Of a stretch of DNA of 64,000 nucleotides, positions 24,700 to 38,541 are shown piece by piece (the stretch's first letter is position 1; the number at the start of each line of letters is the position of its first letter). The DNA is from Vicugna vicugna (Eukaryota). Location of the stretch: contig MU062380.1 in the NCBI GenBank assembly GCA_013265495.1, positions 4,155,540 through 4,219,539 on the forward strand, given 5' to 3'. A model generated the notes under the pieces. The model was given only the letters and a program-made list of their open reading frames with translations, was not told the origin of the DNA and did no database searches. The position numbers and the translations under genes are program-made.

Positions 24700-27600
24700 T
24701 GGTCATATAGGAAAGGCTGCATCCATCAGACAGAGAATTAAGGGGCCTTTTAAATGAGCATAGTATGTCACAAAGCGAGGCCCACAGACATCACAGACTC
24801 AGTATATTCCAGACAACATTATCTAAATAAAATGTAATAAAATTAGAAATCAATGACAAAAATTATTTTAAAATATACTTGAAGATTTAAAAATTCCCTT
24901 TTAAGTAACAAATGAGTTAAAAATAATCATAACCGAGACTAGAGTATTAAAAAGTAAATGACAATAGAACCAATACAATATCAAAACTTGAGTAAAGTAG
25001 CTAAAACAGCACTAGGTGGATTTGAATAACCTTAAATGCAAATATTAGGGGGCAAGAGAAAAGGCACAGATTAGGTAACCTTGTAACTCAGAGAGTTAAA
25101 AAAAAAACCAAACAATACAGCAACTGCAAATAAAACATAGGAAAATAGTACAAAGGAAGCAGTTGAAATTTTAAAAAAACAGTGAAATATAAACGGTATC
25201 ATTAGCAACTCAGCCTTGCAGTGGCTCAGGCTGACTTTCCTGGAGATCTTTGTCTCTTCTCTTTCTCCCACATCCCCATACAACTGGTGAGTAAATCTCC
25301 AGAACAAAATATTCAGAATTAAAACTATTCTCACCATCTACACTGTTACCACCTTGGTCCAAGCCATTTTCAACTCTCAAAATTATTACGTAGCCTGCAA
25401 TGCTTTTCCTGCCTTCATTCTTGGCCTCCTTCAGTCTATTTGCAACACAGTAGCCAGAAAAGTAAGTCAAATCATGCCAAACCTCCATGCAATAGCCTCC
25501 GAGGCATTTCAGAATAAAAGCCAAAGTCTTAACAATGGAAGAAAGCCCTAAATGTTTCAGGCCCTCCCCTCCGGAGCCCTTGCCTGCCCCGACTATTGTT
25601 TCCTCTGTTCCAGCCACTATCCTCCTAGCTCTTCCTCACTCTGGACAGGTTCCCACTTGAGGGTGTGTGCACTGGTTGCTCCTTCTGCCTGCAGCGTCTT
25701 CCCCAGACATCCACAGGACTAATTACCTTGCTTCTTTCAAGTCTTTGCTTGTCAAATGTCATCTTCTCTCCTCTAACCACCCTATTTAAATTGGAACCCG
25801 CCTATGCTTCCCTCAACTCTGTCTTCTCATTCTTCCTTATCCTGATCTACTTATTTTTAAAACAATCATCACCTAATCAAGTTTTTTATTTATTAGTTTA
25901 TTATTAAACTTATTGTTTATTAATTTCCCTGCATTAGAAGATAATTTCAAAGGAAGGGATTTTTATCCATTTTGTTTACTCTACTGACTAGAATAGTATC
26001 TGTCACACATAATAAACACCAAAAGGTAGTTCTTTGAAAAGAACAATAAACTAGATGTACTTTAAGAAAACTAGACGTACTTTTGATAAGATAGAGTAAG
26101 AAACAGAGAGAAGTCACAAATAAACAATATAGAGAATAAAAAGGGGATATAAACACAGTAGGTTTTTAAACTGCAAAAGAGCATGCTTATACCCACACAA
26201 CAGTTAAAATTACAGATATTTTCCTAGAAAATGCATAATTTCCTAAAAAAAAATAGCTTACTGAAACTCAGTCAAGAAAGAAAGAAAAAAAAAGAACAGA
26301 AAATCAAATGTAAAGGAATTGAAACAGTAGTTTTAAACCTATTAATTGAAAAATTCTATCAGTTTTACAGAGAAGTTCTAACAACCTTTCAATTCTTATC
26401 TTACACATACTGTTCCAGAGAATAGAAGAGGAGAGAAAGAAACCAAACTCATTCTATGAAAATAACCAGAATGTCAAGTCTGGGCAAGGAAAGAAAGACA
26501 AGGGAAAAGCAAAGGCCAGTTTCACTATTACACATAGACATAAAAACCCTAGATAAAATATCAAATCTTTCAAAGATAACAAGAACCAAAAACATACCAT
26601 GGCCAAGCAGAGTTTAATCCAAGAAATAAAAAGATGATTTAACATTAGAAAATGTATTAATGCATTTCACGTATGAACAACTTAAAGGAAAACTCATATG
26701 CTCATCTCAATAGATGAAAACAATAATAATAAAATTCAATACCCAACACTCCTTAACATAAGAAAGAAAGGTGTCTACCAAAAGCCTATGGCAAGAATCA
26801 TACTTATTGGTGAAATATTAGAAGCATGTCCTCTAGAACTGGGAACAAATGAGAATGTCTGCTATCAGTGCTTCTATTCGATACTGGACTGGACATTCTA
26901 GTCCTAGCTAGTAAAACAAGACAATAAAATAGGATAAAAGTTATAATGTTTAAAAAGGGGGAGAAAAAAACTGCCAGTATTTACAGATGATAGGATAAAA
27001 CTGTCCATCCCATTCAAGACTATGGAATATGGTACAGTGAATCATGCTCAGATACCCCTTCCTCCCAACCACCACTTCAACCAAAGAGTAATGACAGATG
27101 AATACCCAAAAGAGAGAGAGAAAAAGACACAGACCATCTCAAATATAAAAATAATATCTCCATAAATAAGAATAAGAATGGAACTGCAAAATGGTGCTGG
27201 GTTCCAGGTCTGGGAGAAGGCAGTGGCAGTATGAATTCAGCTCTGTGAGGTAAGAGGGGTCTAAGAGCACCCCACATCAGGTATGGAAGACCAGCACCAG
27301 GCCCACCTGTAGTAGCTAGTGGTGGAGAAGGGCTCCCCAACTCAGGAAAGGAAGCTAAAAACAAAAACAATACAAACAAAAATGCTACTGACTTTTTACT
27401 GAGGCTATAACTTTATTTAAGGAGACAGGATGGAAAAACAAGGCTCACTCACAGGAGCTGAGGCAACCCACCTGGCTGGAGGAGAGAGGGTAAGGATGGA
27501 GGCTCAGGTGGGGAGACAGAGAGACAAGGGAGAGACCAAAAGCAAATTTTTCTTTGAAAATTAAAATGAAATTAATCTATTGTGTTAGAAGTCAAGATAA

Positions 27601-29460
27601 TAAGTTATCTTTGGGGTGGTAGTGATTAAGATGGCATATAGTGAATGGGTTTTAAGAACCTGGTAATGTTTTATTTCTTGCTCTGGAAGATGATTACACA
27701 GGTGAATTCATTCTGAAAATTCATCTATCTATATATTAATAATCTGTGTGCTTTTCTGTATATATTTTGTACTTCAGGAACAAGTTTACTTTCAAAAAAG
27801 CTTGCAAACAAAATCCTTAAATACATAAAGAAATCAAATGTTTACAAAGATGGTCAAGAAAGCCAATAAGTGGATCATGAATTCATTTCAGGTGAAATAA
27901 AATTTAAAAAATCTTTGACATAGTTTAAAATAAGGATGCTGAGAATGTACAAGGATAAAAATAAAGACAGAGTATAAGAAATTATAAAATCAAAACAGGT
28001 ATAAATGACAAGATATATGGTAGAAAGTTAATTAAAATTTTTGAAATGAAAAAGATAGTCACTGAAATAAAGATGGAATAAATAGTATAATGTCTAGTAG
28101 AGAAATAAAAGTTTTTGATAGACAATTGATGGAGAGGCTCCAACATTCATTTAGCAGCTGTTCTCTAAAGGAAGAAAATGGGAGAAGCAATATTTTGAAA
28201 AGGTAATTGTTAAGAATTTTTCATAACTAAAAGAAGATATAAATTCTCTAATCAAAAGTTATACTCAGGGTAATGAGCAAGATAAAAATAAATAAATCTA
28301 TACTAGGCAGATGACACTATTAAGTATAAAAGATATTCTTAAAGATTCCCAGACAAATGCATTGGAAAACTTAAAAGCAATGGATAATTTTCTAGAAAAA
28401 TATAATTTCCTGAAACTGACTCAAGAAGAAATATAAAATCCATATAAACCTACCAGCATCAAGAAATTAAACTGGGAATCAAGAGTCTTCTCTGGCCATA
28501 AAATACACTAAGGCCAGATAGTTTTATGTGAGAACTCCACCAAACTTACAAATTACAGATAACCTTTATCTTATATAAAACTGTTTCATAGAATAGAAAC
28601 TTATGAGGTTATACTCATCTTAGTACCAAGACCAGGAAAGTGCAATGCAAGAAAATTATAGATAAATTTTTTTTATGAACAAATATGCAAGATAATAACT
28701 ATAAATATATACAAAAATAAAAATAAATGTTGGCAAATAAAATTCAACATGACTGAAGGATTTGTCCCTGGTGATCTTTGTCTAAACCCACAGAATTTAG
28801 AAGAAAACATGAAAGATTGTCTTTACAGAAAGATTGCTTAAACAACACACCAGAAGCACAAATTGCAACAAGAAATAAGAATCAAGACAACAACTTAAGA
28901 GAAAGAAAAATACCATATGAGATCACTCATATGTGGAATCTAAAAAACAGAAACAAAAAAACAAAGCATAAATACAAAACAGAAATAGACTCATAGACAT
29001 AGAATACAAACTTGTGGTTGCCAAGGGGGTGGAGGGTGGGAAGGGATAGACGGGATTTTAAAATTGTAGAATAGATAAACAAGATTATACTGTAAAGCAC
29101 AGGGAAATATACACAAGATCTTATGGTAGCTCACAGAGAAAAAAATGTGACAATGAATATATATGTGTTCATGTATAACTGAAAAATTGTGCTCTACACT
29201 GGAATTGGACACAACATTGTAAAATGATTATAAATCAATAAAAAATGTTTAAAAAAAAGACAACAACTTAATACTACTTTCCCTATGTGATTGACAATAT
29301 GAAAACCATTTGATAATACAAAGTGTCGGTGGAGAGGTGAGGAAACAGCTATGCTCACATACTAATAAACTTCCTTGCAGGACAATTTTTCTCACATCTA
29401 TCAAAATGTATAAGAGACAAATCCTTTTAGATCTAGTATACAGTGTATAAACAGCCATTT
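24700..29460 (+). mobile_element. Highly decayed old L1 (L1ME/L1M-type) ORF2 fragments, interrupted by L2 and young L1
   Basis: A-rich plus strand with L1 ORF2-like phrases (CCAGACAACATTATCT..AAATTAGAAATCAATGAC; AAACTGACTCAAGAAGAAATA; AGAACTGGGAACAA); no intact ORF. Confidence 0.65.
28899..29256 (+). mobile_element. 5'-truncated young L1 3' end (same family as 2671-3098), nested in an old L1
   Basis: Closely similar to the 2.7-kb copy; TSD AAGACAACAACTTAA at 28884-28898 and 29257-29271. Confidence 0.9.
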
Positions 29461-30510
29461 CATAAAATAAGATACATGGTCATTTTACAAACACAAACAC
29501 AAACACATACACACACACACACACACTGACTGAGTTAGGAGAAAGCACACATGAAGCTAAGGAGCACCTTATCAACGCCACCCATTGATGCACATAGTGA
29601 ATACACTATGCAAGCTGAACTTTGGAACAGGGAAGGGGTGCTGAGTAAAGGCCTAAAGTGTTACAAGGGAGGTACAAAAATGTAAGCCCTCTTGGAAGAT
29701 GTGAAGAGCAGAAATCAACAAAAAGGTAGTGTGAGCAGCTCCAGGCAGAAGGAATGAAACTTCTAAAGCTGAGGAATGAGAATTAAATGTCTCATGGAGG
29801 TGACAGAAAAGCAGTCTGCTGTTGGGGACAGAGGGAAGGGAGCTTTCCGAGGGTGATGCCACTGCTGGGAGGAGGAGGGGACCTTCACTCTTCTGAGATT
29901 CTCTACCACAGGAAGGTTTAGACTTGCTATATTAAGCAAGGGGGAGAACTGGGTGGGATTTTTACGGGGAAAGGTACAATGCAAATGGCATCTGAGGGAA
30001 TCTGTGCTAAAGGTCATCAGTCATCTGTGGTTAACAGGACTAGTTATCATAGTCCTGCCAGGAGGGACGACAAACCTGAAGTTGAGTTGGGTCGGCAAGA
30101 TTAGAAAGGACCTCTAACAATCTCAACGACAAAAATTGTTGTTAGTTTGGAAAGTTTAAATTTTTAAATTAAATATATCTTAGAACAATGGATAAGGTGA
30201 AAATGAATCACTTTTTGGAATTAATCAAATTTTATTTTCTTATACTCTTCCTGGCTTGTGCAAGGTGAAAAGGAGTAATGCAGATTTTAGAAAATGAGTA
30301 AAACAACTAGAGGAAGTTCAATTTTTGTGACTTGAGAAAGTGCTATCATTCCCAGTATGATTGTAGGTTTTTCCCTCCCTCTTTTAAATTCATCTCAGGA
30401 GAGGGCTTTTAGGGGACCTTCCAAAGGTTAGCACTGCATAAATAGATGGCTTGAAAAATAGAATTATTGACTGAAAGAAGTCCCACCCAAGGCCGGAGGC
30501 CCCGACCTAC

Positions 30511-30583
30511 CTGTACTTTCAACACCGAGCCACAGAAGGAGCCCCCACGACCAGAAGCATCTCTCCCAGCGGCCTGGGGGCAT
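30511..30583 (-). CDS. PLA1A: PLA1A (phosphatidylserine-specific phospholipase A1) coding exon 1, signal peptide
   Basis: ATG at 30583 encodes MPPGRWERCFWSWGLLLWLGVEST-G, resembling recalled human MPPGPWESCFWVGGLILWLSVGSSG; donor CAG|GTAGGT; 73 nt, phase 1. Confidence 0.95.
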
Positions 30584-30639
30584 CGCCGAGCTGGAAGTCT
30601 CAGAGCTGGTGTGAAGTTGACCCCTAACGCCGAAGAGAT

Positions 30640-30760
30640 CGATCACGTAACCCAGCCTCCCAGAGTTTTGAACACCAAATGCCCCGCTTGGGTCTCACTA
30701 ACCATTAACTGGCCCCATGACCTGTAAAAGAAAAGCAAACTCTGCCTATTTGTTTAACTT
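30640..30760 (-). promoter_or_regulatory. PLA1A proximal promoter with HNF1-like and forkhead-like motifs
   Basis: Directly upstream of exon 1; AGTTAATGGTTAG (30698-30710, partial HNF1 match) and TATTTGTTTA (30747-30756, FOX). Motif matches only. Confidence 0.4.
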
Positions 30761-33700
30761 CCACAGTTTTTCTGTTTCTTCTTCTCAATGAAAATAAATA
30801 TACTTTTCTTTTTTCCTCAGAGTAGGGGACATTAAAACACACTGTCCTTCCTGTCTGAGCCAAACATCATCAGGAAACGGTTTCCTGCACCTCTCCCACT
30901 TCCCATCATAAAACGTTAGTAAAAGCCAAGGCAGAAGTCTTTCATCTCTAGAGGATCACAAAACCCTCACTGTACCGGAATCACCTGTGGACATGTTTGT
31001 TCCCCTAGGAGGGCTCTGAGCAGCTTGAGGGCAAAAACTTTCTCTTTTCATTTTTGCATCCCCAGTGCCCAGTACAGAGATGAGCCAACAATACATGGTC
31101 AGTGTACATTTAACAGAAAGAACGGAAGAAGATGAAGTTGGTCTCTGATAGGGAGTACTATTCCTTTATAGACTCTCGGGACTAGAAGTAAAGTCCAACC
31201 TCTAAGAAGAGACGTTCAACCTGTTGAATTCACATAAAGAAACCAAGAAGTAAAGAATGAAAATGACCCATGGAGACCCTGCTGATGGAAGTGGCAGAGC
31301 TGGCTTGGAACCAGGGTGTTTCCAGTGCACTGTGAGGCCTCTCCACTCAGGGTAGTGGCAGAAACCACAAAGCACTAGTCTGGGGGAAGGGGAAGGTAGG
31401 GTACTTGCCCAGCACTCCTTAAAGTGTAGCACATTGCTGGGAGGCAGAGAACCCACCAGCAGGGCAGTACGGAACTTTCTGACAGTAGCTCTGTGAGGTG
31501 AGTACTGTCTACACGTAGCTTCAGGGCATAGAGGGGTTAAATACCTTGCACGAGCTCATGCAGAGCTGGGATTTGAAGCAGGACAAGCTATCCCAGAGGC
31601 CACACTCTGAACTGCTGCACCAACAGGCTGCACCAACCACTGGACCAAACTGTGCCAGGCCTGCTCAAGACGAGGATGAAACTATCATGCATAGATCCCA
31701 CTGCTCAGGTGCTGCTGCCACCAAGAAGAAGAGTGGCAGTATACAGGGCACTACTGGGGGCTGTTCTGAGGTCATAGACCAAGCCAGGTGTAGAAGTCCA
31801 GGTCCTCAGAGAAAAGATGCCAGGATGGGACTGGGTGTGCAAGAGATTTATTGGGGATAACACCTGTGAAGAGTAAGGGGAGCTGAAGATGGCAAGGAGA
31901 GCCTTTAGACCGTGATCAGGCTGACATCTGTGAAGGACAGGGAGAAGGAAAGTCTTGGAATGCCCCACAGTTCCAAAATGCCCTGCCAAGGAGACAGGGG
32001 AAGCCTCAAGCACAAGTCTCCTATTAAAGCAGCCCGGTGTTTTATGACAATGAGCTGTATTAGCAGCCTTATGTTGCTCCATCACTAGCTAGGGTCAGAC
32101 TCAGCATAAAGACGAGGGTAGATCCAGAAAGGCAGCAGCTGGGACCATCAATCAATAAGGTTCCCCACAGCAGGAGACAGAGGACCGCATTTCTCCTGAC
32201 CACCTCACCACAGCCGGGCTAGTCATTCCAGTTATTCCAGCACACTGTTCCCTGTGCAGCAACACAGCTGGCATTTAGAGCACCCTCCCTATCACATTCA
32301 TCATCTCGTACAGTGCTCTCCACACGCGGCTGGAATGGTCCTGGGCAGAATCCTGCCTTAGCATCACTGAGGGAACCTCGGGCAGACCGCTGGGCCCAAC
32401 CCAGACACACCGAATGAGAATGTTTGGGGTTGGGCCCAGGACTCTGCATTCCAGTGGGTCCACAGATGACAGTACACATGCTGGAGCCACTAGCCTTCTG
32501 TTCATTCTGACCATAGCTGGCTCCATTTATCATGGAGGAAAGTAAAGCTCACAGAAGCCAGTGGCCTGAGTAGCACTGCTTCAGGGGGCCAGGAAAGTGG
32601 GGTCCTCCTGGAAAATGAGGTGACATGTTTTAGACCGAGAACTTTCTACCAGGGAAACTGTGGGAACATCAGTTTATAATTAGTATATGTGGTCCATCTG
32701 CCCCAAGAGAATGTCAGCCTCAGGAGGGCAAAATTCTAGTCTCTTCTGTTCAGTGAGGTATCCCCAGAGCCTAGCATAGTGCCTACCACACGGCCAGTAC
32801 TCAATACTTGCTAAGGGAAGGCGCTGTGCATCTGGCAGGGCGTGCTCACTTAGAGAGGACAGTGGGAAGGGGCCTGGTACTGAGACAGCATCTAGGCCCC
32901 CATTGTAAAGTGGAGCTGGAGGCTTTGCTTGCCTAGGGTCCGGGAACACAGGGAGGCACGCAACAGACCGAGGACACTGTGTGCAGTGTCTGGGGCTCAC
33001 TGTTCAGGGTTCCTGCTGTGTGCTTGCTGCCTAGAACAGTGCCTGGCATATAATAGGGGCTCGTTAAATACTTGTTTTGAAAAAAAGAGAGGAAGAGAAG
33101 GGAGTGGAGGGGAAGACAGGGGAGAGGACGGCTATAGGTTACAACCCCTAGAATCCACAGAATCCCTTTCAGTGTCCCCTGCCTGCTTGTTCCCAGCTCA
33201 GATTCCCAGTCTCCTCCCCTTCCCTCAGGATCTCTAGTTGACAGTTCAGTAAGTGAATAAGCTTTTACGTATGCGCGTGTGTGTGTGTGTGTGTGTGTGT
33301 GTTTAGAATCACTGCCTTCAGTTAGGGATGGGGAGGATATAAACTAACATAATAACTAATATAAACTAATCTTAGGAAATTATAATTATGGGCCTCACCA
33401 GTTTATGACTATAAAATGAGGTCACATTAATTTTTTAAAGTGTCGTCTTTAATAATTCTACGTGTAAATGGGTTTTTTTTAAATCAAGAAGTACAAAAGC
33501 ACATGGTGAAAAATAAATCTCCACCCCCTCCTCCCAGCCCCCCAGATCTAGCAGAAGGCAGTCATTGCTAACATTTCCTTGCATGTACTTCTGGAGATAT
33601 TCTATGCCATCCTTTTCAAACGTTTTACATATTTGCTGACCACTACACAAACCCGCTGCATCTTGCTTTTCACACTAAACAAAACTCTTTGCAACTGCCT

Positions 33701-36399
33701 TATTCTTTTTTTAAGGTTGCATAGAAGCCCATTAGAACTTTTCACAAAATTTTAGTGCACAACCTAAAATGGCTCAAGACCTTATCCTACTCAATTTTCA
33801 GGAAGTCCAATTTTGCCAGGTTCCTTTCCAATTTTGGGGCCTCCACTCCTGATGTTCTGTATGTACCACACATGAGCACACGTGCGTGCACAGGCACAGA
33901 CATGCACACACACACACACCCCTTCTCAGAACAAACCATAATGCATGAGCACAAGACAATCTCACCTCTTATGGAGAGAGAGTACTTCATGCCCTTTGTG
34001 TTCCAAACGGCCTAATTCTGCTTTCATTTTAAAGCTATCTGTGTTCTGTCTGTTTTCCCAGGAAGAATTAGTTAAAGCCTTGCTTTAAATTTGTTAGGAC
34101 AAATGTACCAGAGGTGTCTCCAAGCCTCTAAATGTTGGGAAAGACTGAAAACTGCAGCTTTTAAATGACAGTTTGGTACTAAATTCTACGTTTTAGTGTT
34201 TGCTCCCTGAGATCTCCTAACTACAAAGTAAAGTGACGTCTGAACTTTGAGAGCTTGGCACTGGGCGTGCAGTACTGCAGGTCAGTTCCATGAGAAGGTT
34301 GAAGGGAGAAGAGTCCCCGTGTTCTGTCTTCCAAGTAGTGGAAGAAATGGATTGAAAGTGACCCATTTGCCTATTTCACAGTTTTAGCTGGACTCAGCTC
34401 TGCCTGCTCCTTACCCCTGCCCCCAACGTGGATCTCAAACCCACAACTAGCTTTCCTCTTGACGTCACCTTCCCCGTTGTGGGTAGGACATAGGCTGCTG
34501 CATCATCCCACTCCTGGGTTTCATTCTGGCTTTGTCTAAGGGAACATTTTCTAATTATAGCTAACAATTAGAGTGTGGTAGGATTGGAGACAACCAGACC
34601 TGGGTTTAAACCCCAGCTCCATCTCATCCCAGCCACGTGACTTTGGACACATGGCAGCTTCTCTGAGCCCAATTTCTTCATCTGTTAATGGGCTCTGGTG
34701 AACTGCCTGACACACAGCAACTTTCTTCCTCCTCCTCTCTTTCCTTCCCCAAGTGGAGAGAGTCTCACTAACTCCTTAGCTGTCACTCTTCCCAAATCCC
34801 AAGCCCCAAACCCCAAACATGAGAAAATGATGGCAAGGCTGCCCCTTCTGCCCTGTCTGGATGACCCCTGGATATTTAACCAAACTTTATTCCCTGGGGA
34901 GCTGATCCACTGGGATGGTTGACTGTGAAATCATCAGTCTCCATTCCCTCCCTCACACCCCTAGCAGCTCTGGCTGTTTTAAAAAGACGCACATTTACTT
35001 GTCCTGGAGAGGCAGAAGAGTAAATGGAGAATGTGGTAGCTGGAGAAACTTGGAGAAGGGCAGATGAGGCCAATGCTAATTTTACGGATCTTAAAAGGTG
35101 TACACTGCCAAGATTCCTAAAGAACATCTAGCAATCTGAGGTAACAAAGAAAGCAAATATAGTAGTCATCTAGCATGTCAAAGGATATCATTAATCCCTG
35201 TAATGTTACTCATGACCTATTCTGTTTTTCAGTACACATATGTTAACTTTATTAGGATGACAAACTCATACTGTCATTCAGGTCATCTTTCAAATTTACT
35301 CTAACATTATGTATATCATTAAGTTTGTTATCTCTTTTCTCTGTTCAATCTCATCCTCCCCCCTTCTCCCTATCTCTCACATATGCACATAGCCAAGCAC
35401 TCACAGTCACAGTGGGAGGAAAAGCACACAGTCCAGGAGCTCAAATGCGGGTGTGGGAAAGGGTGGATGGGTGTGGCAGGTGTTCTTTTCTGACTGCTTG
35501 TATTTTCTCAGAGAAGTAGGAAGCAAGGTTGCCAACTGAGAGTAAAGTGGAGCGGAGGTTTTGAGTTCTGAGAAAAAAAGAGTCTGAAGTGTGACTATGA
35601 TGAAGAGTGAGAATTTGCAAAGTAAACATAATAGGATCTCTAAAGAGACATTCTCTGTTGTCTCCAATGGTGACTGAAGTTTCACACTGGAAAACAAAAA
35701 CCGCTGACTCCACCCTCCTACCTCCCATCACCCCCTCCCCCCAACATGCACCCCCACCACCACGCCCTAAGGAGGCTGGAAGGACACGGAAAGACAAATT
35801 CCAGTAGGGCTTACTAGGAGGCAGATTTCCCTTCCCCACCTCCCCCAGCTGAAAATCAGCACTTTGAAGGAAAAATCATGAGAATCATAGTTCTGTAGGA
35901 GGTTTCCTTCCCTCCCTGAAAGGGGAGGAAAGGCGGTGCTCTACCTCACCCTCACAACAAGCCAAAAGAAGGGGAACTACCAGCTCAGACTGACGGTGAC
36001 CACGTGAAGGTGACAGTGGCATCTACTCCCAAGTTGGCTGTCTGCTGAGCAGCCTGATCTGTTCTCTGTGAGAGGGTTGGGGGGTATGTAGAGAGAACAG
36101 CAGGTGGGACAGCCTGCACTGCACTGCACTGCACTGGTGGATGTGACCAGGAAGGATGAGTTTCCCTCAGGATGAGTGGAGCCCTCAGAAGACAACCAGC
36201 TTGAGCCTTTCCCACCAATGCTCTACTGAAGAGGGTGGTCTCAAGGCAACACTGGAGAGGGACAGGGAACCCCCAAGAGAGGGAGGGGAGAAATGAAAGA
36301 GGCATCCATGTCCCCGTTTCTCCTCTAAGCTCCTTGGCTTGGGACTGACTGCAGTGGGAAGGAAAGAGGGCAAGTCATTAAAGTCTTAGAATTGATTAA

Positions 36400-37170
36400 A
36401 CTGAACTGGGATTTCCACTTCTGGGTACATACCCAAAGGAAATGAAAACAGGGTATCAAAGAGGTAGCTGTGCCCCAAAGAGGTAGCTGTGCCCCGGGCT
36501 CTGGTGAACTGCCTGACACACAGCACCTTTTTCATCCTCCTCTCTTTCCTTTACTGCAGTATTNNNNNNNNNNNNNNNNNNNNNNNNNNNNNNNNNNNNN
36601 NNNNNNNNNNNNNNNNNNNNNNNNNNNNNNNNNNNNNNNNNNNNNNNNNNNNNNNNNNNNNNNNNNNNNNNNNNNNNNNNNNNNNNNNNNNNNNNNNNNN
36701 NNNNNNNNNNNNNNNNNNNNNNNNNNNNNNNNNNNNNNNNNNNNNNNNNNNNNNNNNNNNNNNNNNNNNNNNNNNNNNNNNNNNNNNNNNNNNNNNNNNN
36801 NNNNNNNNNNNNNNNNNNNNNNNNNNNNNNNNNNNNNNNNNNNNNNNNNNNNNNNGGTGATGGAAATAGGGAGAGGTTGGTAAAAGGGTACAAACTTTTG
36901 GCTATACGATGAATAAGGTCTGAATACCTAATGTAAAAATGGTGACTATAGTTGATAACATTATATATTGTGTAGCTGAAATTTGCTAAGATAGAACATA
37001 AATGTTTTCACCGAAAAAAAGAGATAAATATGTGAAGTGATGGATATGTTAATTAACTAGATGAAGGAAAACCTTTCACAATGTATAAGTGTATCAAATC
37101 ACTACAATGTACACTTTAAATATCTTACGATTTTGTATGTCATTTATACCTGGATAAAGCTAAAATTTTT
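36400..37170 (+). mobile_element. L1MA-type 3' end containing an N gap and an internal rearrangement
   Basis: CCACTTCTGGGTACATACCCAAAGGAAATGAAAACAGG...GGTACAAACTTT...GTGATGGATATGTTAATTAACT. Confidence 0.75.
36564..36855. other. Assembly gap (292 N)
   Basis: N run inside an L1 3' end. Confidence 0.95.
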
Positions 37171-38183
37171 AAAACTTCACTGGGATGGACTGGATTGAGT
37201 TTTTAATACCAGCCCCCTCCAAAGACCAAAAACTGTGTAAAGATAACACTATGGGGCAGGAAAAGCAGCTTCCACAGAGTATGTATGAAGGCAGTAGCTG
37301 GAGGAAAAGAAAATAATTTCATGTTTGCTTCTCACTACATTCAGACCATTCACCAAACCAGTTACAGAGATAAAACAAGTCATGCCTCAGATTCTACTTG
37401 TTAAAATACTCTTCTTCCCTTGTCTATATTGTAAGGTTTAGGCATCTCACTTCTGCTGTTTGGTCAGTGTTAATAGATTTCTAGTGTTCGGCCTTGAAAC
37501 TGTAGGCTCTCCTGACTACTGATAAAAGAAACCCCAGAAAGACAAGGAGAAAATGTTTCCTCTTCTACAGCTGCAGAAAAGCACACACAATTATGCATTA
37601 CAATGTCAGTTTTTATCAAATGGAAAATTAAAGTCACAGGAGTCTCCATGTTAGTCTTCTGCTCAAGAATCTTGTGTAAAAATGTATATACTGTTTTCTA
37701 TTATTCTAAAGCTGTCCTCAAAATATTCCTACAAAGGAGTTATCTTGTACATCTGAATTTAAGATGTTATTACCATGTTGTATAAATGATAAACCCCCAT
37801 CTCCAAAAGAATACAATTCTGACTGTTCTGCTGAAGAATCTATTGTCCTAGTTGTAATATTTAAAACACATTTGTTTTGTGAAGTATTTAAGTATATATG
37901 AGTTTTCTGAGCCAGAAAAAAAGCTTCGGAATCTTCTTCTCCCTTTATGTATGGAAGAAAGATAAATGCCACGCCTTTGCTGGAGTCCTGCTTCAGATAC
38001 AGACTTGAGAACTTTGTCTTATTTAACTCAGCATACAGGCCTGGTTGAAGCACCAAGCCCTCCATGTCTCATAGCCCAGCACAGGTCACTCCTGGCAATC
38101 TGGAAGTAGAGGGTGTCTGAAACACATGCTGCATGTTAAAAGCATTCACATCAACACAACTTGATGAACTTTCAAAGTAAATA

Positions 38184-38189
38184 TTTATT
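38184..38189 (-). terminator. ADPRH: Candidate ADPRH polyadenylation signal (AATAAA, within an L2 3' end)
   Basis: AATAAA on the - strand followed about 25-40 nt later by GU-rich GTTGTGTTGATGTG; implies a 3' UTR of about 2.2 kb. An alternative GATAAA lies at 37612-37617. Confidence 0.45.
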
Positions 38190-38282
38190 TAATGTCGCTA
38201 ATGGGCCAGACAGGGAGGCCACAAAAGGAATGAGACACAGTCCCTCACAAGCAGCTTGAGATCAACCCAAAAGGCACACAAT

Positions 38283-38541
38283 CACCACACACCAGGACGG
38301 TGTGGGGACAGAAGGCTGTGGGGGTAGTGAGGAGAAAGGGCCTGAACAGTCAGAGTGGCTGCCATCTAAGAGGTGCTGCTTGAGGTGGGGCTTGAAGGGT
38401 GAGTAAGAAAATCACACCACACACCAGGACGGTGTGGGGACAGAAGGCTGTGGGGGTAGTGAGGAGAAAGGGCCTGAACAGTCAGAGTGGCTGCCATCTA
38501 AGAGGTGCTGCTTGAGGTGGGGCTTGAAGGGTGAGTAAGAA
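38283..38541. repeat. Perfect tandem duplication, 132-bp period
   Basis: 38283-38409 is identical to 38415-38541 (127 nt, no mismatches seen). Confidence 0.95.

Noticed and set aside
30584-30646. Apparent 21-aa N-terminal extension of PLA1A in the ORF track (MIDLFG...)
   Set aside because: The ORF starts at GTG, probably near or upstream of the TSS; the ATG at 30583 gives the expected 456-aa protein with a signal peptide.
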